A stretch of 64,000 nucleotides of DNA from Cyanophora paradoxa CCMP329 (taxonomy: Eukaryota; Plantae; Glaucophyta), in assembly GCA_004431415.1 (NCBI GenBank), contig QPMI01000560.1, positions 62,001 to 126,000 of the forward strand, given 5' to 3'. Under the pieces are notes generated by a model. The model did not search any database and was not told where the DNA came from. It saw only the letters and a program-made list of their open reading frames with translations. Position numbers and translations under genes: made by a program. This document shows positions 23,048-37,749 of the stretch, piece after piece (within the stretch, counting starts at the first letter, position 1; every line of letters begins with the position of its first letter).

Positions 23048-23827
23048 TTACAGCTCGTCCTCATCATCGTCGTCGTTCTCCTCCTCCTGCTCCCACCACT
23101 TCCAGGGCCTGTTCGCCTGGTAGTTCCACTGCATGGGCCGGGGCACGTCAGGGAGCGCGGCGGGGCCGGTCGGGCGCTGCGGCGCACGTCGACCTCCCCC
23201 TCCTTGTCGTTCGCGCCCTTGAACCGCAGCCAGTCGCGCCTGAGCGAGGAGGCTCGTCAATCTGAGTGATCGACGCGCGGCCGGCCCGGCGCACTTCAGG
23301 AGGCCGAGCCTGGAGAGCTTGCGCTCCTCGCCCGCGTCCGCGAGCAGCCGCTTCCAGTGCTTCTTCTCCACGGCCTTCTTCTTCACGTCCAGCTCCACGT
23401 GTCGCGTCAGGACCTTGTGCGTGCAGTCCTGCACGGATGCCGGATGAGCCGGCGCCGCTGGTTGCAAGCCGCGGCCGGCGGGGAGGCGACGGGACGGCCA
23501 ACCGAGGCGTTTATGGACTTGAAAAGCTTCGTGTCCAGCTCGTACTGCTTGCGCTCGCCGTCTACGGTGGCCTCGGCGCTGAAGTGAAGTCGCCCTTCCT
23601 CCTCGAACGTCACCTTCACCTGTGCACGTGCTCGTCATGCGCAGCTCGCAATCTCGAAAGAAACAGAAGCAGCGCACGTTCTCCGCATGAGACAGGTCGA
23701 TCGTGATCCAAACGCTCCCCGTCCTCTGAGCCCATTTGATGGGGGGCACGGCGCCGGAGCCGCTCGCCACCGCGTACACCGCGCAGAGCACCGCCGCCAC
23801 CATCACCCACGACACAGCACGCGCCAT
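23048..23827 (-). CDS. p23/CS-domain co-chaperone with signal peptide and C-terminal EDEL (copy A, 5 exons)
   Basis: MARAVSWVMVAAVLCAVYAVASG, then PPIKWAQR..VWITIDL..LHFS..YELDTKLF..HWKRLL..LLKRDWLRF and an acidic tail ending DDDDEDEL*. Confidence 0.85.
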   Translation of the reverse strand: MARAVSWVMVAAVLCAVYAVASGSGAVPPIKWAQRTGSVWITIDLSHAENVRCFCFFRDCELRMTSTCTGEGDVRGGRATSLQRRGHRRRRAQAVRAGHEAFQVHKRLGWPSRRLPAGRGLQPAAPAHPASVQDCTHKVLTRHVELDVKKKAVEKKHWKRLLADAGEERKLSRLGLLKCAGPAARRSLRLTSLLAQARLAAVQGRERQGGGGRRAPQRPTGPAALPDVPRPMQWNYQANRPWKWWEQEEENDDDDEDEL

Positions 23828-25760
23828 CTCGCCTCCCGCACCACCTCTCCTGCGCTTCTAGGCTCTTCGCCGCTGATCTCCGCGCTGGGGACCCCTCGCG
23901 TACGTCCGCTGCGTCACCGTGTCGTGCAGACGCTCTGCCGATCTACTGGCGTGTCTCGCTTAAAAGCTTGGCCCCCGATTGCTCGCGAGTCCGGCTCGAT
24001 CGGGGTACACGCGTACGTCACGGTCGCAGCACTGCAGCAAGCCCGAGCTCGAGGCGCGGGTGCCATCCCGATGCGGCGCAGTTAGCTAAGCGATCATGCG
24101 AGGCCGCAGGAAGTCGCCTGGCCTCTCCCGCCGCCAATGCGACTGCGGGCGCTAGCGCTCGGGATGTCGACTATAGCTCAGCGGCTAGCTATAGTACTGC
24201 GCATGCGCGGGGGCTTGCGCATGCGGCCGCGGGACGCCGGCGCCACCCAGCTGTTCCGCGCATGCTTGAAGGAAAGTAAGCAAACAGTGTAGCCGCTGTT
24301 TTCGGGCCGCGCTCAGCAGCGCTTCGAGTTCAGCAGCGCGCCGCCACCTCCCGTGGCGCCGTCTCGGGTGCGAAGCTTGTCTCGATCTCGAGATCAAATC
24401 CTGCCCCTGTGCGTGACCTGACCTGGCGCGCGCGCGCGCCGCCGCCGTGCGCAGGCTCCCCCCGGCCCTGCGGGCACCTTCCGCCCGCGGCGGGCCGTCG
24501 CCTCCCGATCCACCGTGGCACCGGTGCTGCAATCTTCGGCACTCCACCTAGGTGCCGGGGGGGGCGTACTTCCTCCCTCAAGGGGGCCTTTCCGTGCTCG
24601 GCCGACCGAAGCCGCTCCCGCGGTGGATGGCGGGCTGGGCGCCCCTCGTGGTCCAATCCCACGAACTGGAGCCCCAAAGTTGAGATCCGTCTAGCTCGTA
24701 GACGTTCTGTCTGCAGCCTGCATGTTTCTCGAAGTACAAATCTAGCATCGGCCGGTAAACATACGCGGGCACTGTCCTTTGCTAGATTTGGGCACTGTCC
24801 TTACAGATCGCCCTCGTCCTTGTACCGAAGCCAGTCACGCCTGAGTGCAAGGGGCTCAGAAAGCGGAGGCGGGCAATGCGGCGGCAGGGCGCACTTGATG
24901 AGGCCGATCTTGGAGAGTTTGCTGTCCTGTTTCTCGTCGGCCAGCAGCCGCGGCCAATGCTTCCGGTCTGCCTTCGCCTTCTTGATCGTCAATTCGATGT
25001 TCCTGTTCGTCACGCGGAATGTGCTCTCCTGCGCGGCGGAGAGATCGGATCGATATCAGGCCTACGAGCTCAGAGACCTGGGGTCGGACAGGGCCCATCG
25101 CACCGCGGCGAGGATGCTCTTGAAGAGCTTCACGTTCAGCTCGTAGCGGGTGCGCTCGCCGTCCATCACAGCATCGCCGGAGAAGGCCACATGACCGTCA
25201 TCCTTGAAGTCGATCTTTACCTAGGCATGCAGGCGGCGATCAGCACGAGCTGACGGCAACGGAACGTGTTCGCAACTTACCGTCGACTCGTCCACGTACT
25301 CCAGGTCAATCGTGACCCACATCACCTCGCGGGACTGGGCATACTTCAAAGGAGGCGCCTTCGCATCCGTCGCCTGACACGACGCCAAGTACACCGCGCA
25401 GAGCACCGCCGCGACCATCACCCACGACACAGCACGCGCCATCTCGCCTCCCGCACTGCCTCTCCTGCGCTTCTAGGCTCTTCGCCGCTGATCTCCGCGC
25501 TGGGCCCCCCTCGCGTACGTCCGCTGCGTCACCGACGCGTCCAGACGCTCTGCCGATCTACTGGCGTGTCTCGCTGGGCCCCGGATCGCTCGTGAGACCG
25601 CTCAGACCGGCTCGACTGGGGTACACGCGTGCGTGCGCTCCTGCAGCAGGCTTGAGGCGCGGGCAGCCGTCCCGATGCGGCGAAGTTAGCTAAGAGTTCA
25701 TGCGAGGCCGCAGGAGGGCGCATGGCCTTGCCCGCCGCCGATGGGACTGCTGGGCGAGCG
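23776..25760. repeat. About 370-bp duplicated segment (approx. 23776-24150 and 25390-25760): p23 signal peptide, 5' region/promoter and start of the SET gene
   Basis: Near-identical runs such as gcgccatctcgcctcccgca, ttctaggctcttcgccgctgatctccgcgctgg and gttagctaag..catgcgaggccgcagga occur in both copies. Confidence 0.9.
24801..25442 (-). CDS. p23/CS-domain co-chaperone with signal peptide (copy B, 4 exons)
   Basis: Same first 18 aa as copy A; PPLKYAQ..WVTIDL..YELNVKLF..RNIELTIKK..HWPRLL..LIKRDWLRYKDEGDL*; intron positions shared with copy A. Confidence 0.85.
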
Positions 25761-28027
25761 TTGCGCTTTTCGTATGCGTCCTGATTCTAGCGGCCGCGGA
25801 ATCTTCCACGAGGGAGGAGACGGAAGTATTTGACGCGTTTCTTCGATGGTGCGTGTATCGGCATGCTCAAACCCCGCTATTCTGAAGTTTCGCGCAGGTT
25901 CGAAGCAAACGGAGGCCGCTACGCTCCGCAGTTGGAGCTGCGGACTAACAATGGGGTGCGAGGAGTCTACGTCAACGCTCCCATTGAGGTGCATACCTGG
26001 CGGTGTTGATCACATGCGAAGCGTCAACGTAAAACTGATCGCCGCGGCCGCGCGCGCGTCTTCAGGAGGGCGAGGAGCTGTACTTCGTTCCGGGCGACCT
26101 CCTCCTCCACTGTACTCTCCCCGCCGCGCGCCGGCCGCCGTGCCCGGCGTTGAGTCCCGACGTCGACGGCTCGCCGTGCGCGCGGCAGGCGGGGAGGGGG
26201 AGGAGGAGGCGGTGTTGGGGGCGGGGCTGGCGGAGGAGCTGGGGGCGGTGGAGGCCGACCTCTGGTGCCTCGCGATCCTCCTCCTCCGAGAAACGCTTGA
26301 CGCCTCCTCCCGCTGGGCGCCCTGGATCCGGCCCGCCCCGCCTCCGGCCCCGTCCCGCCGGGCCTTGTCGAGGCTGAGCTGGCGCGCAGGTCCCTCCCGC
26401 GCGAGATCGAAGTCCCTCTCCTGTGCGTGCGACCGCCCCGCCCCCTCCGCTTCGCACCGTCCGGCTCCTCCCGACGGCGTGCGGGCGGGCGGGGGCAGGG
26501 ACTACTCGGAGGAGGAGCTGGCGGCGCTGGGGGACCCCCGCCGCCTCCGTGCTCCCCGCCCCCGCTTGGCCACCCCGCCGCTTCGAAGCGGCCTCAGAGC
26601 GGGCGCTGGAGACGCGGGCGGAGGTGGAGCTCGTCGCCTCCCACCTCCACGAGCTGGCCCGCCCCGCCCCGCCGGCCCCGCCCCGGCCCCGAGGCGGCGC
26701 CTGACGAGCGCTCGGGGGTGGCGCGTGCAGGCGCCTGGGGCGACGCGGGGCGAGCTGGAGTGGGCGCTGAAGGCGGCCCTCACGCGCTCCTGGCAGGACT
26801 GCGGCCTCGTGCGCCCCGAATGCACGCCCGCCCCCGCCCCGCCCCGGGCCGCCCACCTCTCGGCCGGCGCAGGCGCCCTTCGGGGACCTCTTCAACCACG
26901 ACCCCGGGGCGGCCAACGCGGGGCCCGACTTCGAGGGGCCCGACGGGGCCGGCGGCTGCGCGCAGGCGCGCCTCGTGGCCGACCGGGCGTACGAGGCGGG
27001 GCGGCAGGTGGCGATCAGCTACGGCGCCAAGTCCGGCGCCATGCTCCTCCTCTACTACGGCTTCCTCCCGGTGCCCCCCGCCTTCCCATCCCGCCCCCGC
27101 CCCCCCGCCCCCGCGCGCGCCGCCCCTCACGCGGGCACTGGCAGCCGGTGGAAGCGGACTCGGTGCAGTTCGCGGCGCGCCTAGAGGAGCACGCGGGGGA
27201 GCAGCGCGAGGCGGAGGAGGGGGCGGAGGGGGCGGCCGGCACCGGCACCGGCGGGCGCCGCGCGTTCCTCGAGCGCGCGCTGGCGGCCCGCGGCCTCGAC
27301 CCCGACGGGGACGACCTGTGCGCTGGCCCCTTCCCTCGGCGCTGTACCCCCCTTGACGGCGCGCGGGGCAGGACGCAGTACGCGTACGTGACGCTGGGGG
27401 GCGGTATCCCGCCCCGCCTCCTCGACGCCTACCGGGCCGTGCGCGTGCAGCCCCGCCTCCCCCCTCGCCCGTCCCGCCGAGGAAGGACCTCGAGCTTGTG
27501 GGGGCCCGGCAGGCGGCGCTGGCGGAGGAGGCGTGGGAGGCGGGGCGGGGCGCGGGCGCCGCCGGCCCGCTGCCGGGCGCGGGCCCGCCGGGCCTCTCAA
27601 CGAGGCTCGCGCCCTGCGGCTCCTGCGGGCCGCCCTCGCCGGCCCTTCCCGGGTTCCCCGACCCTCACCGCCGAGGTGCCCTCCCCCTCCCCTCCCCGGG
27701 CGGCCTGATCATGAGCGCGCCTGACGCCGGGGCGGGGCAGGAGAGGGCGCTGGCGGAGCGGGTGGCCGGGGCGGGGGCGGGCGGGGGCCAGGGACGGCGC
27801 GGGGGGAGCTGGCGGGGCGGGCGCGGGGCCAGCGGGAGGCGATCCTGGCGTCCCTGCGGGGGGCCGTCGAGGCGGCCCTGGGCAACCTCTCCGCCGCCGC
27901 CTGGCTCGCCGCCCGCCCCGCCCCCTTCCAGTTCGGCGCCCTCGGCTTCGGGCCCCAGGGCCAGGGCCATGGGCCGCCCCGCTGGGCCGCCGACGAGACG
28001 GACACTGACGTCGACGACACCGGTTAG
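25700..28027 (+). CDS. SET-domain methyltransferase (Rubisco LSMT/SETD3-like) with hydrophobic N-terminal leader
   Basis: FDAFLRWFEANGG..GVRGVY, SRWAPWI, LEWALKAALTRSW, LVPFGDLFNHD, QVAISYGAKS..LLLYYGFL; leader WASVALFVCVLILAAA. Confidence 0.8.
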
Positions 28028-28594
28028 GAAGGGGCATGCTCACCTGCTGCGCATGCCCCTTGCTTAATTGCAGCATTTCTTAGTAGTGCTGGCCACAGTA
28101 CATGCGCAGCAGCAGCTGTGCATGCGCCTCGTTTGCATGATGTGTTTCAAATTTCTTGATCATGATCAGCGGCTTGCCCTCCATGGCTCCATGGCCGGCC
28201 GTCCCCGGGCGTGCGCGCGCCGCCTCGATCTCCGCCGCGCGGCCCGCGGCCGCATGTACTACCGCGTGTAGAGCACTGCGGCACCTCGGGCGAACGGTCC
28301 CCCACCCGCTGTCTCGTACCCGCCCGGCCGCCCACCAGAATTCTTTGCAATCCAAAAAGCGCAAAAAGCGCCACGACGAGGGTGCGCGATGGAAAGAGGA
28401 AGTCTGAACAGACGCAGCGGGCTAGAGCTCGCTGCCGGACCACGCGGTGCTCATGATGCTTTGTCCGACTCGGCGATTCTTTTGGCGAAGGTGCCTCCGA
28501 TGCCTCCGATGCTCTAATGATTGACGATCTACGCGCTACCTAAGGTGCTAAGGCACGCTAACACAACGCACGTACAGGCGGGCGAAGAGCGAGG

Positions 28595-29605
28595 ATGTCT
28601 GGCGAGGCTTCAGCGGCGGGCGGTGGTTACATCCGCGTCGCCAGCCTAAGCTACGACGCTGACGAGAACGCCGTCAAGTCGTTCTTCGAGGAGAATGGCT
28701 GCGAGGGCATCCAGTGCGTCTCGGTCACAGTCCATCAACCGATCGCTCGCCCTGAGCGCGCGCGCTCGCGCACGTACGCGCAGGGAGGTGCGCATCTCTA
28801 GGTTCCAGGACACTGGCAAGCACCGTGGCGCGTGCCACGTCGAGTTCGAGACTGCCGAGCAGGCGCTGAAGGTTCGCGCAGATCGCCGAATTTCAAATTC
28901 CGCTCCGTGCGTTTCCTGAGCGCGCGCGCAGGCGCTCGAGATGAACGGGGCAGAGCACTTGGGCCGCACTCTCAGGATTGAGGTAGTGGGACCACCCCGC
29001 TCGCGGCAGCCCGGCGCCGGCGAAGGCCGTCCCGGTGCGTGGGGGCACTCGATTCCGTCCGCCATGCGCGTCGGCCGGCGGCCCGGGGGATAGCGGGACG
29101 CCCTGGCCCTCCCTTCGCGCTTCCTTGGCCTTGGCCACTTCGCTCCGCTCCCGACCGGCGCCGCTGATCCGCGCCGGCGGCCTGCATACCCAGCGCGGGG
29201 CGCCTCGGAGAAGCCGCCCGGGTGCAAGTCGGTGTTCGTGGGGAACCTACCGTGGTCGGCGACGGAGGAGGGCGTCGCCGCGTTCTTCTCCGAGTGCGGC
29301 ACCGTCTCCGGCGTCCGCATCCTCTTCACCGAGCAGGGCCGCTCCAAGGGGTCCGCCCGCCAGTTCCCCCTGCTCGCCCCGCCGCCCCCCCGACCTTCGG
29401 GGGCCGCAGGATGGGCTTCGTGGACTTTGAGGAGGAGGGGGCGGCGGAGCGGGCGGTGGCGCTCGCCGGCCGCGACTTCGACGGGCGGCCCGTCCGCGTC
29501 GACTTCTCCGGCGGCGCCGGCCGCAACCCCGGCGGCCTCAGCGCGCGCCCCCGCAGCGACCGCCGCGGCCGCGCCCGCTTCGGCGAGCGCGGCGCGCAGC
29601 GCTGA
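28595..29605 (+). CDS. Two-RRM RNA-binding protein (nucleolin/Nsr1-like RRMs, RG-rich tail)
   Basis: IRVASLSY..KHRGACHVEF; VFVGNLPW..RSKGMGFVDF..FDGRPVRVDFS. Confidence 0.85.
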
Positions 29606-30001
29606 GCGCCAGCCGACCCCATCCATCCTTCTACCCCCTCCGCTTTCCCTGACCCACCTAGTCAGTCCCCTCACCCCCTTCCTCCCGGGTCGGCCCCCCT
29701 CTCCGAGCCGCACGCGCATTCTTCTGTCTCGCAGTCAAATTCAAGTGCCGCACAGCAGGCCTTCCAAGCTCGGGTCGCCGCGCAGTGTACAGGGAAACGG
29801 AGGAAACGGACGAGCTAGAGGTCGAGAGACTGGGGGGAAACGTGGACGGCGAGTGGGCCGGGGAGCCCGGAGATCTAGACGGGAAAACGGAGCAAGGAGT
29901 TGGATTCGGAGGCTTCATGATCCCCTCAGCAACTGGCGGGGCGGGAGGGTGCGCCGGGGGATGATGGGTGGGTGGGGGTACAGGACTCGAGTCGCCGGCC
30001 G

Positions 30002-32514
30002 CTACTCCCAGAGGATGAGGAGCTTGTCGCGGGCGACTGTTGCGAGGCGCCCCTCCGCGCTCCACGCGCACCCCGCCACCGGCCCCCTGCCGGCCCGCCC
30101 GCCTGAGAACGGGGCCCGGCCGGCGAGAATCGCGCGCACGTGTGGTGGCCCTTGAGGGCGGCCTTCAGCTTGCCCGTGTGGGCGTTCCAGAGGCACACGA
30201 CCCCGTCCTGCCCGCCCGCCGCCACCCACTGCCCGTCCATGCTGCGCCGCCCACCCGCGTGAGCCGAAGCGGGAGGCGGAGGCGGGGCGGGGGGACCTGG
30301 CGGCGGCGCGGGTCCAGTTGAGGCCGGAGCGGAACTGGTCGTCCTTGAAGGAGGCGAGCTCCTCGTACGTCCGCACGTCCACGATCTGGCGCGGCGGCCG
30401 GGGCCGGGGCCGGGGTGAGGGCGGCGCGTCCAGCGGTGGACGCCCACCCGTCCTCCCGTCTCCGAGGCGGACGCGAGAGGGGCGTGGGGCGGACGGACCT
30501 TGAGGACGTTGTCGCGGCCGGCGGTGAGGACGCGGTTGCCGTCGGTCAGCAGCTGCACGGACGTGATCTGCGCGCTGTGCAGGTTCGAGCAGTCCTGCAC
30601 CAGCGCCCCCGAGCCGCCCTGCGAAGGAGCTCAAGAAGAAGCTCCTCAAGAAGGAGAAGACGGGCTGCCGGCCTCGAAGAAGCGGAGGTGGCCGTCGAGG
30701 TGGCCCGAGACGACCATGGAGGCGTCCGCGTTCACCGCCAGGTCGTTCACGCTCGACCCGCACAAGATCGTCTTCACGCCTTCCGAGGGATAGACTCGTC
30801 AGAAAGACAGCAGGGAGCGGGGCGGAGGGGCGCACAGAAGCCGCGGGCGAGGTCCCATATCTTCACCGAACGGTCGTGACTCCCCGAGACCTGCCGCCCC
30901 AGCTCGGGACAAAGCGGGGGACCGGAGCCAGCCGGGCGGGGCCGCGGGGCGGGGCGGGGCGGGGCGGACGACGCGCTGGGAGGCCTGGGCCTGGGCGACG
31001 CGGACGGAGAAGACCTTCCCCTGGTGGCCCGTGAACACGTGCTGCCCGGGAGGCGCCGGCTCAGAGGCGCGCCGCTCAAGGGGGCGGCGGGGGCAGGGCG
31101 CTGCGGCGGGCACCCGGACGCGCTGCGTGGCGCAGTCCCACACGCGCACGTTGTTGTCGTTCGAGGCGCCCGCGAGCAGCTGCGGGAGCGAGGGGGCGCG
31201 CCTCAGCACGCGCCGGGGAGCGGAGGAGGGCTCGTTCGCGCCTTGCCGTCGGAGGAGAAGGCGACGGACATGACGGCCTGCACGGCGCCCGTGTACGAGG
31301 CGGAGTGCGCCCCCGTCGTCGCGCTCCACGCCTTGATCAGCTTGTCCTCGCTCCCCGTCGCCACCGTCGTCCCCCGCTCGTCGAACGCCACGCAGTTCAC
31401 CTCCGCGCTGTGCGCCGTCTGGCCCCGCGCCCCGCCCCGTCAGATCGCGCCGCCTCGGGCCGGCCCGTGTCCGCCCCCGGCCTCGCGCACGATCTTGAGC
31501 TTCGGCTTCGAAGGCGCGTCGGCGGCGTCGCGCCCGAACGCGCTGCCGGGCGGTGAGGATCGGCAGGCGCGGGCCGCAGGCGGGGCGGGGCGGGAGGGGA
31601 GCGCGCCCGCCGACGAGGAGCTCGGCGGGGGGCGCGGGGACGCTGCGCTCGGCCTCGCGGACGAGCTCCAGCTCCTTCTTCTCCCGCAGCAGCTCCTCGT
31701 ACATCTCGTTGTACTGCGCGGCCCCCGCCCTCGAGCTCGCCCGGCGCGGCGAGGGCGGGGCGGGGGCCGGCCCCGCGCCTTGTTCATGCGCTCGACCTCG
31801 CTCTGCTTCATCTCGATGAGCCGCTGCGTCAGCGCCGCCACGTCCGCCTCCGCCTTGGCCCGCGCCGCCTCCGCCGCCTCCGCGGCCGCCCGCAGCGTCC
31901 CGTTCTCCGCCGTCAGCAGCGCGACCGTGCCGTCCCGCTCCTTGACGACCGCCTGCAGCCGCGCGACCTCCGCCAGCGCGCCGGCCTTGGCCGCCCGCTC
32001 CTCCTCCAGCTCCCTCTGCCGCTTCAAGAGGGCGTCCCGCGCCGCCTGCGCCTCCGTCGTCCGCTGGTACAGCTCCGACGCCGTCGCCGCCTTCTCCTTG
32101 TAGAGGCCATTCAGCTCCTCCTGTTGCTTCCTCGCCTGCTCCTCTACCTCCTTCAGCTTCGCCGCCGACGCCACGCCCCTGCGCCGCCCGAATGAGCGCG
32201 CCTGACAGGCGCTGACACGGACGGGACGCGCCCTGACGCCGACGCCTGCCGCAGTAGCGCTTGCTGCTCGACGACCGAGGCTCGCAGCTGGTGCAGCTCC
32301 TTCTCGAAGCTCGCACACCGCTGCTGCAGCTGCCTTTCCCGCTCCACCGTCGCGCCATCTGCGCCGAGAGGTTGGTCGCGCGCCCGGCGCTGTGCGGAGG
32401 TGCTCGCGCACGGGATCGGACGAGGTCTCTGAAAGGATCGCGCTCTCTCCTGTCGCGTGCGGCCAGCTGCGCGAGGCAGTCGCGCTGCCACGCTTCAGGT
32501 CCGGACACCGCCAT
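30002..32514 (-). CDS. ATG16: Autophagy protein ATG16 (ATG16L type: ATG5-binding helix, coiled coil, WD40)
   Basis: WQRDCLAQLAARDRRERDPFRDLV N-terminus, coiled coil ending RLIEMKQSEVERMN, WD40 repeats ending RDKLLILWE. Confidence 0.88.
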
Positions 32515-32665
32515 GGAGCCGTTCCCAATCGCTTCAGCGCAGCCTCCTTGTAGCTTTACTGCTGAATTCGAGTCGCCAGGGCCTCGGACGCGGAGGCTTT
32601 TGAAGTGTAGCGTACCCCTCCCCGTTCGTCAAAAAGTTCGTGGAGGCAGCCGCCGCCACTTCAAA

Positions 32666-35017
<2,352 letters not shown>

Positions 35018-35403
35018 GCGCGCCGCTCCTCTTCGCAGCTAGCGCCCCCGCCTCCCCCGCCCCCCTCCCGGCCCCTCTGCTTCTTCTCGTCCGTCTCAAT
35101 TAACAGCTGAATCGCCGCCTTGTCCGGGCACGGGAAGCGGGATCGAGGGGCTGCAACCAGGGGCCATTCCATTATTCGCTCTTGATTCGAAAAGAGCTCT
35201 GTCTGCGGATGGGGGTACTGCCATCATTACTACGACTGCTGGGCTACTGCTATTATAGACAGAGTGCACTGATGAGGACTCGGCCGCGAACGCGGGCGGC
35301 CCCGGCGCCATAGGACTGTGGGCGCCGGGCCGCCAAAGGAGCAGGGCGCGAGGGACTATAAAGAAGAGTGCGGAAAAAGCTGGGCCGAGGGCCGGGGCCG
35401 GGG

Positions 35404-37711
35404 CTAGGCGAGGGCGGCGTCGCGGGCGAGGAGGCGGTCGATGAGGGAGTCGAGGGGCGCCCCGCGCCGCGCCACGTGCGCCTTCAGCTCCAGCGCCAGC
35501 TCCAGCGCCCCCCGGCTCGGCGAGCGCCTCGCCGGCCCCGCCGGCCCCTCCGGCGGCGCCAGGTCGATCACCAGCGCCGTGTCCCCCACCTCGTCCCCCT
35601 TGCCCGGCACCGCCCCCGGGAGGAGCCGCAGCGCGCCGGCGCCCTCGTCGCCCGCCGGCGGGGGCGGGGCCTCCTCGCCCTTGAGCGCCGCCTCGGCCGA
35701 GGCGAGGAGGTCGTTGAGGGAGGAGCGGCGGGGCCCGGCGCCGGCCCCGCGCCCGCCCCCGCCGCGATCGCCTCGGCGATGCGGCTCTTGGGGCCGCCGG
35801 CCGGGGGCGTCGCCCCCGTGGCGCCCTCCTGGATCGCCCCCGGGCGGCGCTGCGGCGGGGCCGGGGCGCAGGCGGAGGCGGAGGCGGAGGAGGCGCTGCT
35901 GCCGCTCTCCCCGTCGCCGCCGGGGCCGCCCTCCGCGAGGGGCACCACGTCGCAGCTCTCGGCCTCGGCCGCCGCGGAGCTCCCGCCGGCGCCCCCGAGC
36001 TGGAGCTCGCAGCGGGGCCGCCGGCGCCGTGGGAGCTCGCGTGCGAGGCGCGGCGCGCGCTGCGGGGCGAGGCGTCGCCGGGGGCCGGTAGCGGGCCGAC
36101 TGCGGGGCAGCGCGAGGCCGCCCTCCGCCGAGTGCGAGCGCGCCAGGTCGCCCCGCACGCGCGCCGCCGCCGCCGGCGAGAGGCTCGCGGCGTGCGGCAG
36201 CGCGGTGACCGTGGCCGAGTGGGCGAGGCCGGGGCGGGCGCGGGCCGAGGCGGGCGAGAGGCTGGAGGAGTGGGGAAGGGCGGAGAGCGTCGCCGAGTGG
36301 GCGAGGTCGGGGCGCGCGGGCGGGCGGGGAGGGGGAGGCGGAGGCGGAGCTCGGGGGGTCGGCGGGGGGCACGGGGGAGGAGCTGGCGGAGCGGGAGGTC
36401 TGGAAGATGGATGCGAAGCCGCTGATGGCCCGCCCGATCGCGCTCTTGCTGCGGCTCCGCTGCATGGTGGGGCCGGCCGCGTCGCCCCCGGCTGCCCCCC
36501 CCGCCGGCGCCGGCGCCGGGCCCGATGCTCCCGGAGCGGAGGCGCTCGGTGAAGCGCTGGACGGCCGACTTGCGGCGGGCGGCCGGCGGGGGCGAGGCCT
36601 CCACGCCCGCGCCCCACGAGAGCGCGCTCGAGCGGCGCCGGTCGTAGGGCGAGGGCGAGGCGCTCCCCCCCGAGTCCCGCCGCCGGGGGCCCACGGGACC
36701 GGCGACCCGTCCGAGTCGAAGCCGCCGGGGCCGCCGCCGCCGCCCTCCCACGGCGACGCCTCGCCGTCGTTCGGGTCGCTGGGGCCGCCGCGGGGGCCCG
36801 GGAGGAGGCGGCGCTGGCGGGCGCCGGAGAGGGAGCCCGAGGCGGAGGAGGCGTTGGAGGAGAGCGGGGCGTCGGCGTCGAGGACGTCCGAGGTCTTGGC
36901 CATCGCCTCCGCCAGGCGGCCCTCGTCCTCGAAGAGCACGACGAGCTCGGCCGCCATGTCCGCCCCCTCGTCGTCCGCCAGCCCGTCGCGCAGGCGCTGC
37001 AGGCAGCGGAGGGCGGGGCCGGCGTCGGCGAGGATGCGGCCGACGGCCTCGCGGTGCACGCCGCTGCGGGCGAGGGCGAGGAGCGCCCGCATCGACGAGG
37101 CGACCTCCTCCGAGTCGAGGTCCACCGCCTCCGCCGCCGCCAGCGCCGAGAGCAGCGCCGCCGTGCCCCGCGCGAGCTCCCGCCGCACGCCGGGCTCGCG
37201 CCCGCAGTCGGACTCGGCGACGGAGGCGAGGGCGGCGGAGGCGGCGGAGCGGACGACGGGCGAGTCGTGCTCCACGAGCCGCACGAGCGGGCGCACGCCG
37301 CCGTGCTCGACGAGGCGGCGCAGGCCCTCCTCCGAGGCCGAGAGGAGGGCGTCGGCGAGCACCGGGGGCCCCAGCCAGTGCGAGCCCCGGCGGGCGGCGT
37401 AGTTGAGCTCCTCGACGAGCTGCCGCGCCGCCTTCTTTGACGTCGCGAACTCCTCCTCCAGCGCGTCTGCTCCGGCGCCGGCGCCCCCCGCGTCAGACCC
37501 AGCGCGGGCGGGGCGGGGCGGGGCGGGGCGGGGCGGGGCGGGGCGGACGGGTGGCGGCGAGGTTGCGGATGACGGCGACGGCGAGGCGGGCGTCCGAGTC
37601 GGAGGCGAGGCCGTCCCCGAGGCTCAGCACATTCCGCACCCGCAGCGCCCCCATCACACGCTCCGCCGTCGTCGCTGCCGCCCCACCGCCCCCGTCACCT
37701 CGCCGGCCCCG

Positions 37712-37749
<38 letters not shown>

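Noticed and set aside
24165-24230. tRNA A-box-like TAGCTCAGCGG
   Set aside because: Part of a local palindrome (actatagc..gctatagt); no T arm at a suitable distance.
28080-28456. Small gene divergent from the RRM gene
   Set aside because: No convincing splice path or recognisable product.
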